A stretch of DNA of 64,000 nucleotides from Mobula birostris. Taxonomy: Eukaryota. The notes under the pieces are model-generated. The model worked only from the letters and a program-made list of their open reading frames with translations, did no database searches and was not told the origin of the DNA. The stretch spans positions 96,929,604 to 96,993,603 of the forward strand of contig NC_092383.1 of NCBI RefSeq assembly GCF_030028105.1, given 5' to 3'. A program made the translations under genes and the position numbers. This document shows positions 12,405 through 22,406 of the stretch, in pieces. Numbering within the stretch: the first letter of the stretch is position 1; every line of letters begins with the position of its first letter.

Positions 12405-12680
12405 TACACTCTGCGGCCATTTATTGATAACATCCTGCACCTAATAAAGTGGCCACTCAGGGTATGTTCATGGTCTTCTGCTGCTGTCGCCCATCCACTT
12501 CAAGGTTCAAGGTGTTGTGCATCAGAGATGTTCTTCTCCACAGCACTGTTGTAACGTGTGGTTATTTGAGTTACTGTCACCCTCCTGTCAGCTTGAACCA
12601 CTCTAGCTATTCCCCTCCATCCTCTCTTATAAACAAGGCACGTCTGCACAAAGAAATGCAGCTCATGGATTTTTTTAGTT
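12405..12680 (+). mobile_element. Probable Tc1/mariner-like DNA transposon remnant
   Basis: aataaagtggccactcag...gtcttctgctgctgtcgcccatccacttcaaggttc resembles common fish Tc1-derived repeats. It occupies the place of 41540-42115 of unit B. Confidence 0.45.
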
Positions 12681-13110
12681 TTGCTGAACCACCTCTGGAG
12701 GAGAGTCAGATCCTGGGGGACCCAGATCCAGGGACAATTCCGGCTGAGTGGTGGTCATTGTGAGTCCGATCAGTCGACCTCCTGACCCCTGCACACTCAC
12801 AGTGAGGGTATCCCAGTATCTCACCCCAAACTTCCTAGAAAATACCTGTGACCCCCCCCCCCCCCCCACCTGACCATTGATATCCGGCTGCAGGCTGTAA
12901 CTTCATTTCTGAGGGCCGGGTACAGAGAGTCTGGAGTCCTGATGAAGGGTCTCGGCATGAAACAACACTGACTTTGTGCTGTCTGTCTCATGGGGCTGGG
13001 AACAACATGATGGGCCGCTTGGCTTCCTCCTGTGTCTTTGATTTTCCCAGGTCTGATTCCTCTTCCTATCACTGACCTCACCTACGGACTGTCTTGTCTT
13101 GTCTCCTCAG

Positions 13111-13431
13111 CTGGGACTGGGGCTCCCCCTACCACGGTGACCGGAACTCAGGGACACTCAGTCTCCTTACCTTTTGGGAGACCAGTCAGTTCGGACGATG
13201 AGGTTTATTGGATTCGGGTATCACCCAGAAATATGATTGTGAAGTACTTGAATGGGAACATCAGCTACTTCAGTAATGAGCAGTACAAGAACAGGATAAC
13301 CTATCATCCTGGGAATGCCGGTCTGGAAATCCATAATCTACGGAGGGAGGACTCTGGTGATTATGAGGTGATTTGTACAGCAGCAAGTTCAGGAAATGAA
13401 TATAAAACAACAGTGCGACTGGAGGTGTACG
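13111..13431 (+). CDS. CD2/SLAM-family receptor A, exon: N-terminal IgV domain
   Basis: Acceptor ctcctcag (with ctgac branch-like site upstream), donor g|gtgagt, phase 1/1, 321 nt. Peptide GHSVSLP..VYW..YKNRITY..LEIHNLRREDSGDYEV..VRLEVY is a V-set domain lacking the B-F disulfide, as in the CD2 family. Confidence 0.9.
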
Positions 13432-14419
13432 GTGAGTGAGACCGGTCCCTGAAATACCCCTAATGGATGGGTGAGGTCAGATCCTGTATGTTTTTCTGTT
13501 TACTGAACCCCACTGACTACCCGTGTCCAGAGCTGGGATCACGGTCCCAGTGTAGTGAGGCTGAGTCAGTGTGAGTTTGGAGGACACACCCGTCACATCC
13601 ACCGGGACTGAGACAGGAGCCAGAAGGGATCGAACCAACATTGGGGAATCTCATGTATCTGAGACAGAGGGAGCTCAGCACACAGGGAGAATGGACCTGG
13701 TGTGAATGGCCTGAACAGTCTGTATCTGTGGGTCGCAGTTACACACTGTATCTCCAGTCAAAGGCCTGGTCTGTCATGCTCAGGGATCCCAGTTATCCAG
13801 TCTGTTTCCCGGGACACTGCTTGTTAATTGTCCAGACTGAGGTCTGAGCTCAGCGAGGTGTTTATTCCTCAGCCTTCATGCTGTGCTGTGCTGAGTGAGA
13901 CCCTGTGTGTTCATTACACTGAATTACTCCTCTGTTAGGGCACATTGTGCAGTTAAGTAATATACAAATATTAATCTCACCACAACCCATCTTCAGACAT
14001 GAAAGTGGATTGTAGATTGAATTTAAAGTGCAGCTCTGAACAGTAGTTTTCCTGTAGCTGCAGACTGAGTTGATTGCAAACCAGACAATTCTGATTAACA
14101 TTCATTTTGTGTGTCTGGAGTGTGGGTGTGAATGACAAGATATGTGAAAAATATATGTAAGCCAAGGAAGCATTGTTGGTACATTGTAACTGTACAATTA
14201 TCCTGCATTTACCTTTGACCTTTAGCATGTCACAGTATTATGTAACATTGGGTCCAGAGGCCGTTTCTTCCAAGATTGTCTCAATATGATGCCTGTTTTT
14301 GGTGAATCAGACATTTCTATATCCAGCAGCTTTGGTGTCTCTCCGGTGACTTCACGTTACAACATCCTCCATCCCAGTGTTAATGTTCACCATTTGAAGG
14401 AGGAGAACATCAGAACATG

Positions 14420-14860
14420 GGAAATAGAAAACAGAAGATAAAAAATCATGAACATGGGTTGAAGACAGAGACCTCCTCTGGGATCGAGTAGGGGAAGAAA
14501 GGGACTGAGGTTTACAAAATTATGGAGGGGATAGATAGTGTAATTGCAAGCAAGATTTTTCCACTGAAATTGGGTCAGAGTGGAATTAGAGGTCATGGGT
14601 TAAGGGTGAAAGGTAAAATGTTTAAGAGGACATCCTTCATGACACGTGCTGAGCATGTTGTATGATCTGCCAGCAGAAGTGATGGATGTGAGTTGGATTT
14701 CAAAATTTAAAAGAAATTTGGATAGGTACATGAATGGAATGGTTCTGGTGGCTATGGTTTGGGTGCGGGTTGATGTGACAAGGCAGATTAAGAAATCGGC
14801 ATGGACTAGATGGGCTGAAGGGCCTGTTCCTGTTCTGTAGTATTCTGGGACTCTATGACT
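14420..14860 (+). mobile_element. Degenerate CR1 3' fragment (intron)
   Basis: tttacaaaattatggaggggatagatag...agaggtcatgggttaagggtgaaagg...ttggataggtacatg resembles CR1 ORF2 C-terminal sequence. Confidence 0.7.
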
Positions 14861-15449
14861 CTCTGAATCAGACAGTAGTCAACAAAACCTTTCAGACAAT
14901 GAACCTGTTCTGAACATCAGCTCTATAAAGGAGGGAGAGCCACAAGTTCTGCATCAGATCCAGCTGGAGATGGGTCCTTGTCTATACATTGGTCTCACTG
15001 GAATAGTGTCAGAAGTCAGAATCAGTGTGTCAGAGTGGGAGCAGGATGGAGAATCAAAGTGACAGCAACTAGAACTTCTGAGTCACAATTGTGCCTGAAC
15101 TGAGATGTCCCTCAAGGTGGTCAGTGACACTGTGCCTGGTTTCTCAGTGGAGAGGAGGCCACCGTGTGGACACTGAGTGCAGTTCACTGCATTGGGAGTG
15201 CTCGTCAATCTCTGTTTCAGCTTTTGGTTTCCTTCATGGAGGGAAGGGAAACTGTGAAAGTTCATATGAAGCCCCCCTCCTCTGGATGTCCAAAAAGTGG
15301 AGTGGGATGTGGAGTGGTGGGAGTTGTGGGTTTGGCAGAAGAGCAGAGCGAGGTGTTACTCAGGGAGAAACTGGTCAAAATATGTAAGAAAGAGGGAAGG
15401 GAGTGGAATGTAAGTGGATCTTCAAATTTGCTGATGACAGTAGTTGTGG

Positions 15450-16110
15450 GTATAGTGGACAGTGAAGAAGACTATCAAAGCCTGTAGAAGGATCGGGACC
15501 AGCAGGAATAATGAGCCGAAAATTTGCAGGTTGAATTTAATGCAGACAAGTACGAAGCCTTGACTCTTGGGAATTAAACCAGGGTGGGACATAAATGATG
15601 AGTGGTTGGGCACTCAGGAGTGTAGTAGAATAGAGATATCTGGGAATACAATTCCATAATTTCTTGAAAGTGGTATCACAGGTAGATAGGATCATAAAAA
15701 AAGCTTTTAGCACATTGGCCTTCATAAATCAAAGAACTGAGTCCAGGGGTTGGGATGTTATGCTGAAATTGTATAAGACCTTGGAGAGGCCTAATTTGGA
15801 GTATTTGTGCAATTCTGGTCACCTACGTACAGGAAAGGTATCAATTAGGTTGAAAGAGTGCAGAGTATCAGGACTCGAGGACCTGAGTTATAGGGGAAGG
15901 TGGGAGAAACTACTTCACTCAGAGGGTCGAACACGATGCAGGTGGAAGTGTTGGAACCAGGTTCGATTTCACTGTCTAACAGAAATTGGGATAAATATTG
16001 AAAGGGATGTGGAAGGCGATGTCCAGATGAGTATCAATGGGACTAGGAATGGACTAGATGGACTGAAGGGTTTGTTTTGGCACTGCAATGCTCTATGATT
16101 CAATGGAGTC
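15450..16110 (+). mobile_element. Degenerate CR1 3' fragment (intron; counterpart about 52170-52740)
   Basis: MLKLYKTLERPNLEY motif in ORFs 15664..16098 and 52384..52626. Confidence 0.75.
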
Positions 16111-16676
16111 TCATTGAAAGGACCAGGAAGCATAGATGTTGATGCACTGAATAGGGAGACGAGTGGGGTAGAAGGAGACGGCCAGATGAACCTTACTGTT
16201 ACTTTTGGTTGGAGAGGGTATGAGAACAGAGATGAAAGAAATGACACAGACTTAAGACATCATCATAATCTGGGCAGGCAGCGTGGAGATGGAGAGACTG
16301 ACAGAATAGACTGGGCTGTGTCTTAGGTTGGACCAGGTTCAGGGCAGGTCAAGGGTGGGGCTCAGTCAGGTTTCAAAGGGAAGCTGGGACCACACACAGG
16401 AGTAACTAACGACATGGAAATGGAGAGAATTCCTGGAATAGAGCGCTATAAAGAGGAAATGGAGGAGAGTTTGTAGGTGAGTGTGGGTAGTGCACGTGGG
16501 AACTTCCTCCAGCAGCAAGTGACTGGTGAGGGAAGGGTTAAACTGTTGGGTAAAATTGAGGTGGGATTGGCTTGAAGTTCACTCTGGAGTGTTGGGGATG
16601 GGATGGAGGAGTTGGGGATCGAGGTGTCCACAAGAATCTCCTTTATTCATCTTTCATCTCTCCCTCACACCCTCAG

Positions 16677-16958
16677 AGCCCGTGTCAGGAGCAAACATCA
16701 CAGTTCAGAACATCACTGGGACTTGTAACCTCACCCTGACCTGCTCCGTGACCTCTGGCAACCCCTCCAGATTCAGTTGGAAGAGAGAAGTTACAGGAGA
16801 CAACAGCAGCCATCACATCTGGAAAGACGGAAAGACGATGCAGGTTGATTGCACAGCAGAGATGGAGGATGTTGTGTACAGGTGTGAGGCCAGAAACTCC
16901 ATCAGTGAGGACACCGCACAGGTCCGGCTGGGGGACGTCTGTAATCTGGACACATGTC
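16677..16958 (+). CDS. Receptor A, exon: IgC2 domain
   Basis: Acceptor cctcag, donor c|gtgagt, 282 nt, phase 1/1. EPVSGANITV..TCNLTLTCSV..FSW..YRCEARNSIS..DVC shows the SLAM/CD2-type four-cysteine C2 pattern. Confidence 0.9.
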
Positions 16959-18034
16959 GTGAGTGTCAGAAGATGAAGTTGGGATTTAGTTATCTCCCCG
17001 TCCCAGAAGTGTGAGATGGGACAGCACAGAGGAGCTTCAGTTTGTATCTATTCTGCACTCTGACACTGTTTGAGAGGGTACTGTAGAGAACCATTTACTT
17101 TATCAGCAACCTTCATTTTTTGTATTTTATACTCAGGCCTCTGCTCATATTTGTCAGCACAGACTGGGTGAGGAACTGCAGTACATTTTGCAGAAGGTCC
17201 ACACTGAATCAACTGTGCACTGTTGCTGGAGGGAGGGAGTGATTCGATTGGAGGGAAGGATTATTTCGGATAGCTGAGGCACTGAGTCATCAGGGAGGTG
17301 GAGGCTGAGTTTGAGGAGAGGGGTTACTGAGGGCCATTGTGAGGGAGCTGGATTAAAATCAGAGGAAATACAATCCGTGGCACATGTGCTGGGGAAGGAG
17401 GTATACTGAGAGTTTTCTTTTTGACAGAATTGGACTAATATTTGTGGAGATCTGGTCTATGATACAGGACCCTTGCTGTGAGTGATTTCAGAGGGAGAAT
17501 GTGAGAGTTAGATTAACCAGTGAGTCCATAGACACGAAGCCTGGAGCAGCTGAATCAGGACATTAACTCAGCCTCAGTTCATCACACAATGGGGAAAATC
17601 GTTGCGACGTTTGCAGACACGAAGCCCGGAGCAGCCGGATCAGGACACTGACTCAGCCTCAGTTCTGCGGGGAACGGGGCAAATCTCACAGAGCAGTAAT
17701 GGACAGTGTCAGGGAGCCGGATCAACATCATCAGAGATACAGACAGGGACAAAGACACGAGGGAAGAGGGGCTGCAGAGGGATAGTGTGAGGGAACAGGA
17801 TTAACATCAGTGGAGAAACAGTCAGTGGCACTGGAGACTGAGGAAGAGGGGTTTCTGAGGAACTAGGTAAGGGAGATTGAATGACATCACTGGACATACA
17901 TTTAGTGACTCCGGGAGTTTGTGGAGAGGAGGGATGAAGGGAAAACGTGAGGAACTCAGTCAGTATCAGTGGGTACATTCAGTGATACACGGTGATGGGG
18001 AAGAGGGGTTCCTGGTGACAGTGTCAGGAAGCAG

Positions 18035-18453
18035 TGTCACCACGGTTCCGATATGGCCCAAGTGCGGAGTGAGAGACACTGAAGCAGGTCGATAGTTCAG
18101 ACTTTCATTCAAACAAGGGGAAATAAAACAATAAGTGCTAGGCCAAAGAGGGTCGTTAACTAAAACTCTCGAAAGGGAAACGAAGCCTACACTGCGGCTG
18201 AAAAGAATATCTAAACATTAAACGAATACCGTTAGTCTTCAGAGTCAGTGATTTTGAAAGTCCAATGGCTCAGGGAAGGCCGAATGCAAAACGGCAGCGA
18301 AGCTTTGCTATGCTCTGTCCAAGTCTCGACAAGCTCTACGACGACAAGAATGTAGTTAAATACCATCACAATTAAATAATAATTACCCAACACGTGCAAA
18401 TTCACAAGTGCGATTGCCGTATCTACTGTACTGCCGAATCTGTGGTTGTGACA
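18035..18453. mobile_element. Solo LTR
   Basis: Inverted termini TGTCAC...GTGACA, with near-perfect 5-bp TSD agcag/agcgg. Confidence 0.6.
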
Positions 18454-18484
18454 AGCGGGGGTAATATCAGACACAAAACAATCA

Positions 18485-18770
18485 TAAGACCATAAGATAT
18501 AGGAGCAGAAGTAGGCCATTCGACCCTTCGATCCCGCTCCACCATTCAATCATGGGCTGATCCAATTCTTCCAGTCATCCCCACTCCCCTGCTTTCACCG
18601 CACACCCTTTGGTGCCCTGGTAAATCAAGAACCTCCCTATCTCTCCCTTAAATACACCCTTGGCCTTCACAGCCGCTCGTGGCAACAAATTCCACAGATT
18701 TACCACCCTCTGACTAAAGTAATTTCTCCACAACTCAGTTCTAAAATGACGTCCTTCAATCCTGAAGTCA
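18485..18770 (-). mobile_element. CR1 3' fragment
   Basis: cataagaccataagatataggagcag tail, and RIEGRHFRTELWRNYFSQRVVNLWN on the minus strand. Confidence 0.75.
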
Positions 18771-19169
18771 GTGAGAAAGAACTGGATGGACCTGAGCGGA
18801 GTTGCAGTCACTGGCACAGGCACTGAGAAAGAGGGGTTATCGAGGGAATGGATGAGGGAAATGATTAACAGCAGTGGACAGAGTCTGTGTTACAGGGAAC
18901 TGAGGATGTGTGAGGGGTGACTGAGGACTGGATGAGGCAGAGGATAACAGCTTTAGAGAACAGCTTTTCTTTCCTCGCTGGTTAAGGCCACAGGGTCTTT
19001 GTATTTCTGGGAGATTTTTTGTACCTTTGTTTGAGAAGATGGGAACTTCAGTTTTGATTCCTCTGCCATTTCCTTAATTCCTGTCACAAACATTTCCAAA
19101 TATGTCTGTCAACTGTATTCTTCTTCTGTGTACCAGTGGGGGCACCACAGTGTAGAAGGGTGGTGGAGA

Positions 19170-19625
19170 GCAGTGATGTGATAGTGACTAGGGGATGAGG
19201 GGATTGAGGGGTATTGGAGGGGAGGGGAAGGGAGGGGAGAGATGTGATGGTGATTGGAGGGAATGGGGATGGAGAGAGGACTGAGGGGTATTGGAGGGGA
19301 GAAGAGGGGTGCAGGACAGTGATGCAATGGTGATTAGAGGGAATGGGGAGCAAGGAGATTGAGAGGTATTAGGGGGAGAGGTGCAGGACAGCGATGTGAT
19401 GGAGATTGGAGGGAATGGGGACTGAGGGGTCTAGGGGTATTGGAGGGGAGGAGAAGGGAGAGGAGTGATTTGATAGTGATTGGAGGGAATGGGGAATGGA
19501 GAGAGGACCGAGGGGTATTGGAGGGGAGCAGTGCAGGACAGTGATGTGATGGAGATTGGAGGGAATGGGGTGGAGGGACTGAGGGATGTTGGAAGGGAGA
19601 GGAGCAGGGTGGAGAGGTGGTGTTT
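19170..19625. repeat. GA-rich minisatellite (about 60-70 bp unit) in intron 3 of gene A
   Basis: Recurring gtgatgtgat.g.gattggagggaatgggga...gaggggtattggagggg units. It is absent from gene B. Confidence 0.8.
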
Positions 19626-19789
19626 GGAGGGGAGTTATGTGATAGTGATTGTAGGGTACTGAGGGACCATGTTGAGATGACAGGGAGTTTTCTCCAACTG
19701 AGGAGGGATGGGGTGAATTCGTCAATCCTGTGTCACTGGGAGCATGAGGACTGGATTCATCAGGAAATCTTTTCTCCTCTGTGTTACAG

Positions 19790-19939
19790 CCCCTAAAACA
19801 ACAGCAGCGTTAGACTCAGTGATGCTGATGACTGTACTGTCAGCGGTGGGGACCCTCCTGATCTTTGTTGTCACTGTGATCCTCACGGTCACACGGAGGA
19901 GAAGACCTGAGGGAAGGGAAGTAACTTCAGGGACTGAAG
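19790..19939 (+). CDS. Receptor A, exon: stalk + transmembrane + juxtamembrane
   Basis: Acceptor ttacag, donor g|gtaagt, 150 nt. VMLMTVLSAVGTLLIFVVTVILTV is followed by the stop-transfer sequence RRRR. Confidence 0.85.
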
Positions 19940-20102
19940 GTAAGTGGATCTGACACCCTGTCGTTGAGTCTAGCATTTGGGGGAGGGAGAGAGAGGAGGT
20001 GGGCAGGGGGGTGACAACAGGGATGGGAGAGAGGGGTTAGATGGGGTAAAGTGGGGAATAGTTTTAGTACAGACCCTGTCACCTCTCCTTTCTGTCCCAC
20101 AG

Positions 20103-20191
20103 ACCAAGCGGAGACGGGCATCATTTACACAAATCTTCAGAGGATGCAGAAGAATCGCAGTGTCTGGCAGCCCCCCAAGGGGAATGACAGG
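20103..20191 (+). CDS. Receptor A, cytoplasmic exon 1 with ITIM (IIYTNL, 20120-20137)
   Basis: Acceptor tcccacag, donor agg|gtaatg, 89 nt, phase 1 to phase 0. It has identical structure in copy B. Confidence 0.75.
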
Positions 20192-20989
20192 GTAATGACA
20201 GACACATTACCCCTGGAAAGAGGCCACTGTGGGTCACTCACCCTCCTTGGTGCAGACTGAACATAAGGCCTACATGTAATCTGCACAATCCCAGGATCAA
20301 CCACAGGTCCCCGTCACCGGAGATCGTTCCAACCACCACTGCGGAACTCAGCAGCGCACACACGGAGGCACAGCAAGATCCCACGTACCACTGAGGAGTC
20401 AATTGAAACTTTGCCTCAGTGATCTCCAGGTCTGGTCTGGCAGATCTAACAGTAATTGTACACTCCACATACACACACACAGTTACTGAGCACATTGTCC
20501 CCACACTCCCAGTCACTGGGCTACACTGACACCAACCCCACACACTGTCACTGCGATACACGGTCACCAACACACCGAGTCATTGAGGTACATTCTCCCC
20601 CCCACACCCAGTCACTGGGGTACCCTGTCCCCACACTCCCAGTCACTGGGTTACCCTGTCCCTATACATGCAGTTATGCCCAGTAGTATGTGCATTTCTG
20701 ATGATCAGTTATGGATTTAATATTCGTGTCGATGGGCAGTGTGTGAGTTCATTCAGAATGCACTGAGAATGAGGCCATGCTGATGCTAGGTTAGTATCAT
20801 TGTTTGACAGTCGATTGGGTGATCCGAGTTTCCATCATTGTGTGTCGTTTTGCATGTCCAGGTCTTTTGTGTCCATGTGTCACGTTTTGATGTGCCCAAT
20901 CTCCATGTCTCCCCTCTCCAGAGTCCTTGTCTCTGTATCTCCCTGCTTCCATATCCTAACTCCGCCCTGGTCTGTAGCTCCCTAACTGG

Positions 20990-21455
20990 GCCCTGGTCTG
21001 TATCTCATTGTCTTGATGTTCTGGTCTGTATCTCCCTGCCTCTGTGTCCTGGTCTGTATTTCCCTGTCTCTGTGTCCTGGTCTGTATTTCCATCTCTCTG
21101 GGTCCTGCTCTGTACCATCTGTCTATGGTTTCTGTTTCTGTGTCCTGGTCTGTATCTCTCTGTCCCTGTGCCCTGGTCTGTATTACCCTGTCTCTGTGTC
21201 CTGGTCTGTATTTCCCTGTCCCTGAGTCCTGGTCTGTATTACCCTGTCTCTGTGTCCTGGTCTCTATTTCCTGTCCCTGGGTCCTGGTCTCTATTTCCTG
21301 TCCCTGGGTCCTGGTCTGTATTACCCTGTCTGTGTCCTGGTCTCTATTTCCTGTCCCTCGGTCCTGGTCTGTATTCCCCTGTCCCTGGGTCCTGGTCTGT
21401 ATTACTCTGTCTGTGTCCTGGTCTGTATTTCCTGTCCCTGGGTCCTGTCTCTGGG
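20990..21455. repeat. Pyrimidine-rich tandem repeat (about 20-28 bp unit, ccctgtc..gtcctggtctgtatt); older, more diverged counterpart about 55000-55310
   Basis: Directly visible. It produces the low-complexity ORFs 20838..21470 and 21044..21508. Confidence 0.85.
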
Positions 21456-21548
21456 TGTCCCAATCTCTGACTCCCTGGCACAGTGTGTCCTGTCTCTGTT
21501 TCCCTTAACTCACCCATTGTGGACTGACAACTTGTGTTTCTGTTGTAG

Positions 21549-21602
21549 TTTGTTGGTCCGGAAGTAGTTTGCAGACTCACCCCACTGACTGCGAGGCAGT
21601 AA
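21549..21602 (+). CDS. Receptor A, last coding exon (FVGPEVVCRLTPLTARQ*), no ITSM
   Basis: Acceptor tttctgttgtag, homologous to 55394-55510. A 1-nt deletion relative to B gives an early TAA. Confidence 0.6.
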   Translation, partial: FVGPEVVCRLTPLTARQ

Positions 21603-21938
21603 TGTACCGTGCCAGACCCCATCGTGGATGGGCTGAGGACAGAGCCCCTGGACAGTGTCCTACAGTCTACAATGATCCTTCTTCTTGCTGAACAGCACAG
21701 ACTCTCAGGGGGGACCGAATATGGACTGGTGGGTGGGTGATACTGGGGTCCTCTGAGTCTCACCGTTGGGCTGAGGTCTACAGGACAAAAGCTTGGCCCC
21801 TCTTTCCTGCTGTGCTTTGTAGGTATTGAATATTAGTTTAACAGTTGTCACTAGCTTTCTGCAGCGGAACAGATTTTGTGGGAACATGTCCCCTGTAAAT
21901 CATTGATCTATTTACCCCAACTTCTACTGCATTTCATA

Positions 21939-21944
21939 AATAAA
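21939..21944 (+). terminator. Candidate polyadenylation signal of gene A (AATAAA); homologous ATTAAA at 55770-55775 for gene B
   Basis: About 340 nt after the stop codon, at the point where A/B homology ends. Confidence 0.45.
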
Positions 21945-21954
21945 TGAATAAGGC

Positions 21955-22405
21955 CGTAAGACCATAAGACATAGGAGCAGAATTAGGCCGTCTGGCCCAT
22001 CGAGCCTGCTCCACCATTCAATCATGGTGGATTTTTTTCTCTCCTTCTCAACCCCAGTTCCCAGACTTCTCCCCGTAATCTTTGATGACATGTCCAATCA
22101 AGAACATATCAATCTCTGCCTTAAATATATCCAACGATCTGGCCTCCACAGCTGCCTGTGGCAACAAATTCCACAAATTCACCACCCTTTGGCTAAAGAA
22201 ATTTCACCAAATCTCTGTTTTGTAAGAGCGCACCTCTATCCTGAGGCTGTGCCCTCTTGTCCTGGACTCTCCCACCATGGGAAACTTTCCTTCCACAAGT
22301 ACTCTGTCTAGGCCTTTCAACATTCGAAAGGTTTCATATGAGATCCCCCCTCATCCTTCTGAATTCCAGCGAGTACAGACCCATACCCATCAAACATTTC
22401 TCATA
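21955..22405 (-). mobile_element. CR1 3' fragment (interrupted by RTE)
   Basis: accataagacataggagcagaattaggcc tail and CR1 C-terminal sequence on the minus strand. Confidence 0.75.
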
Positions 22406-22406
22406 T

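Larger units (their letters stand above)
7928..21950 (+). repeat. Segmental duplication unit A (contains receptor gene A)
   Basis: Collinear direct homology to 33980-55780, starting tgtatgtgttttctctctcactcc in both copies. The two units differ by lineage-specific TE insertions and deletions. Confidence 0.9.

Noticed and set aside
20838-21508. Long Cys/Leu/Val-rich ORFs (also 54700..55327, 1108..1613, 40405..40687)
   Set aside because: These are translations of tandem repeats or microsatellites.
21620-21690. TVYND in an alternative frame of A's last exon
   Set aside because: It is not in the frame set by the preceding exon and lacks the +3 V/I/L needed for an ITSM or ITIM.
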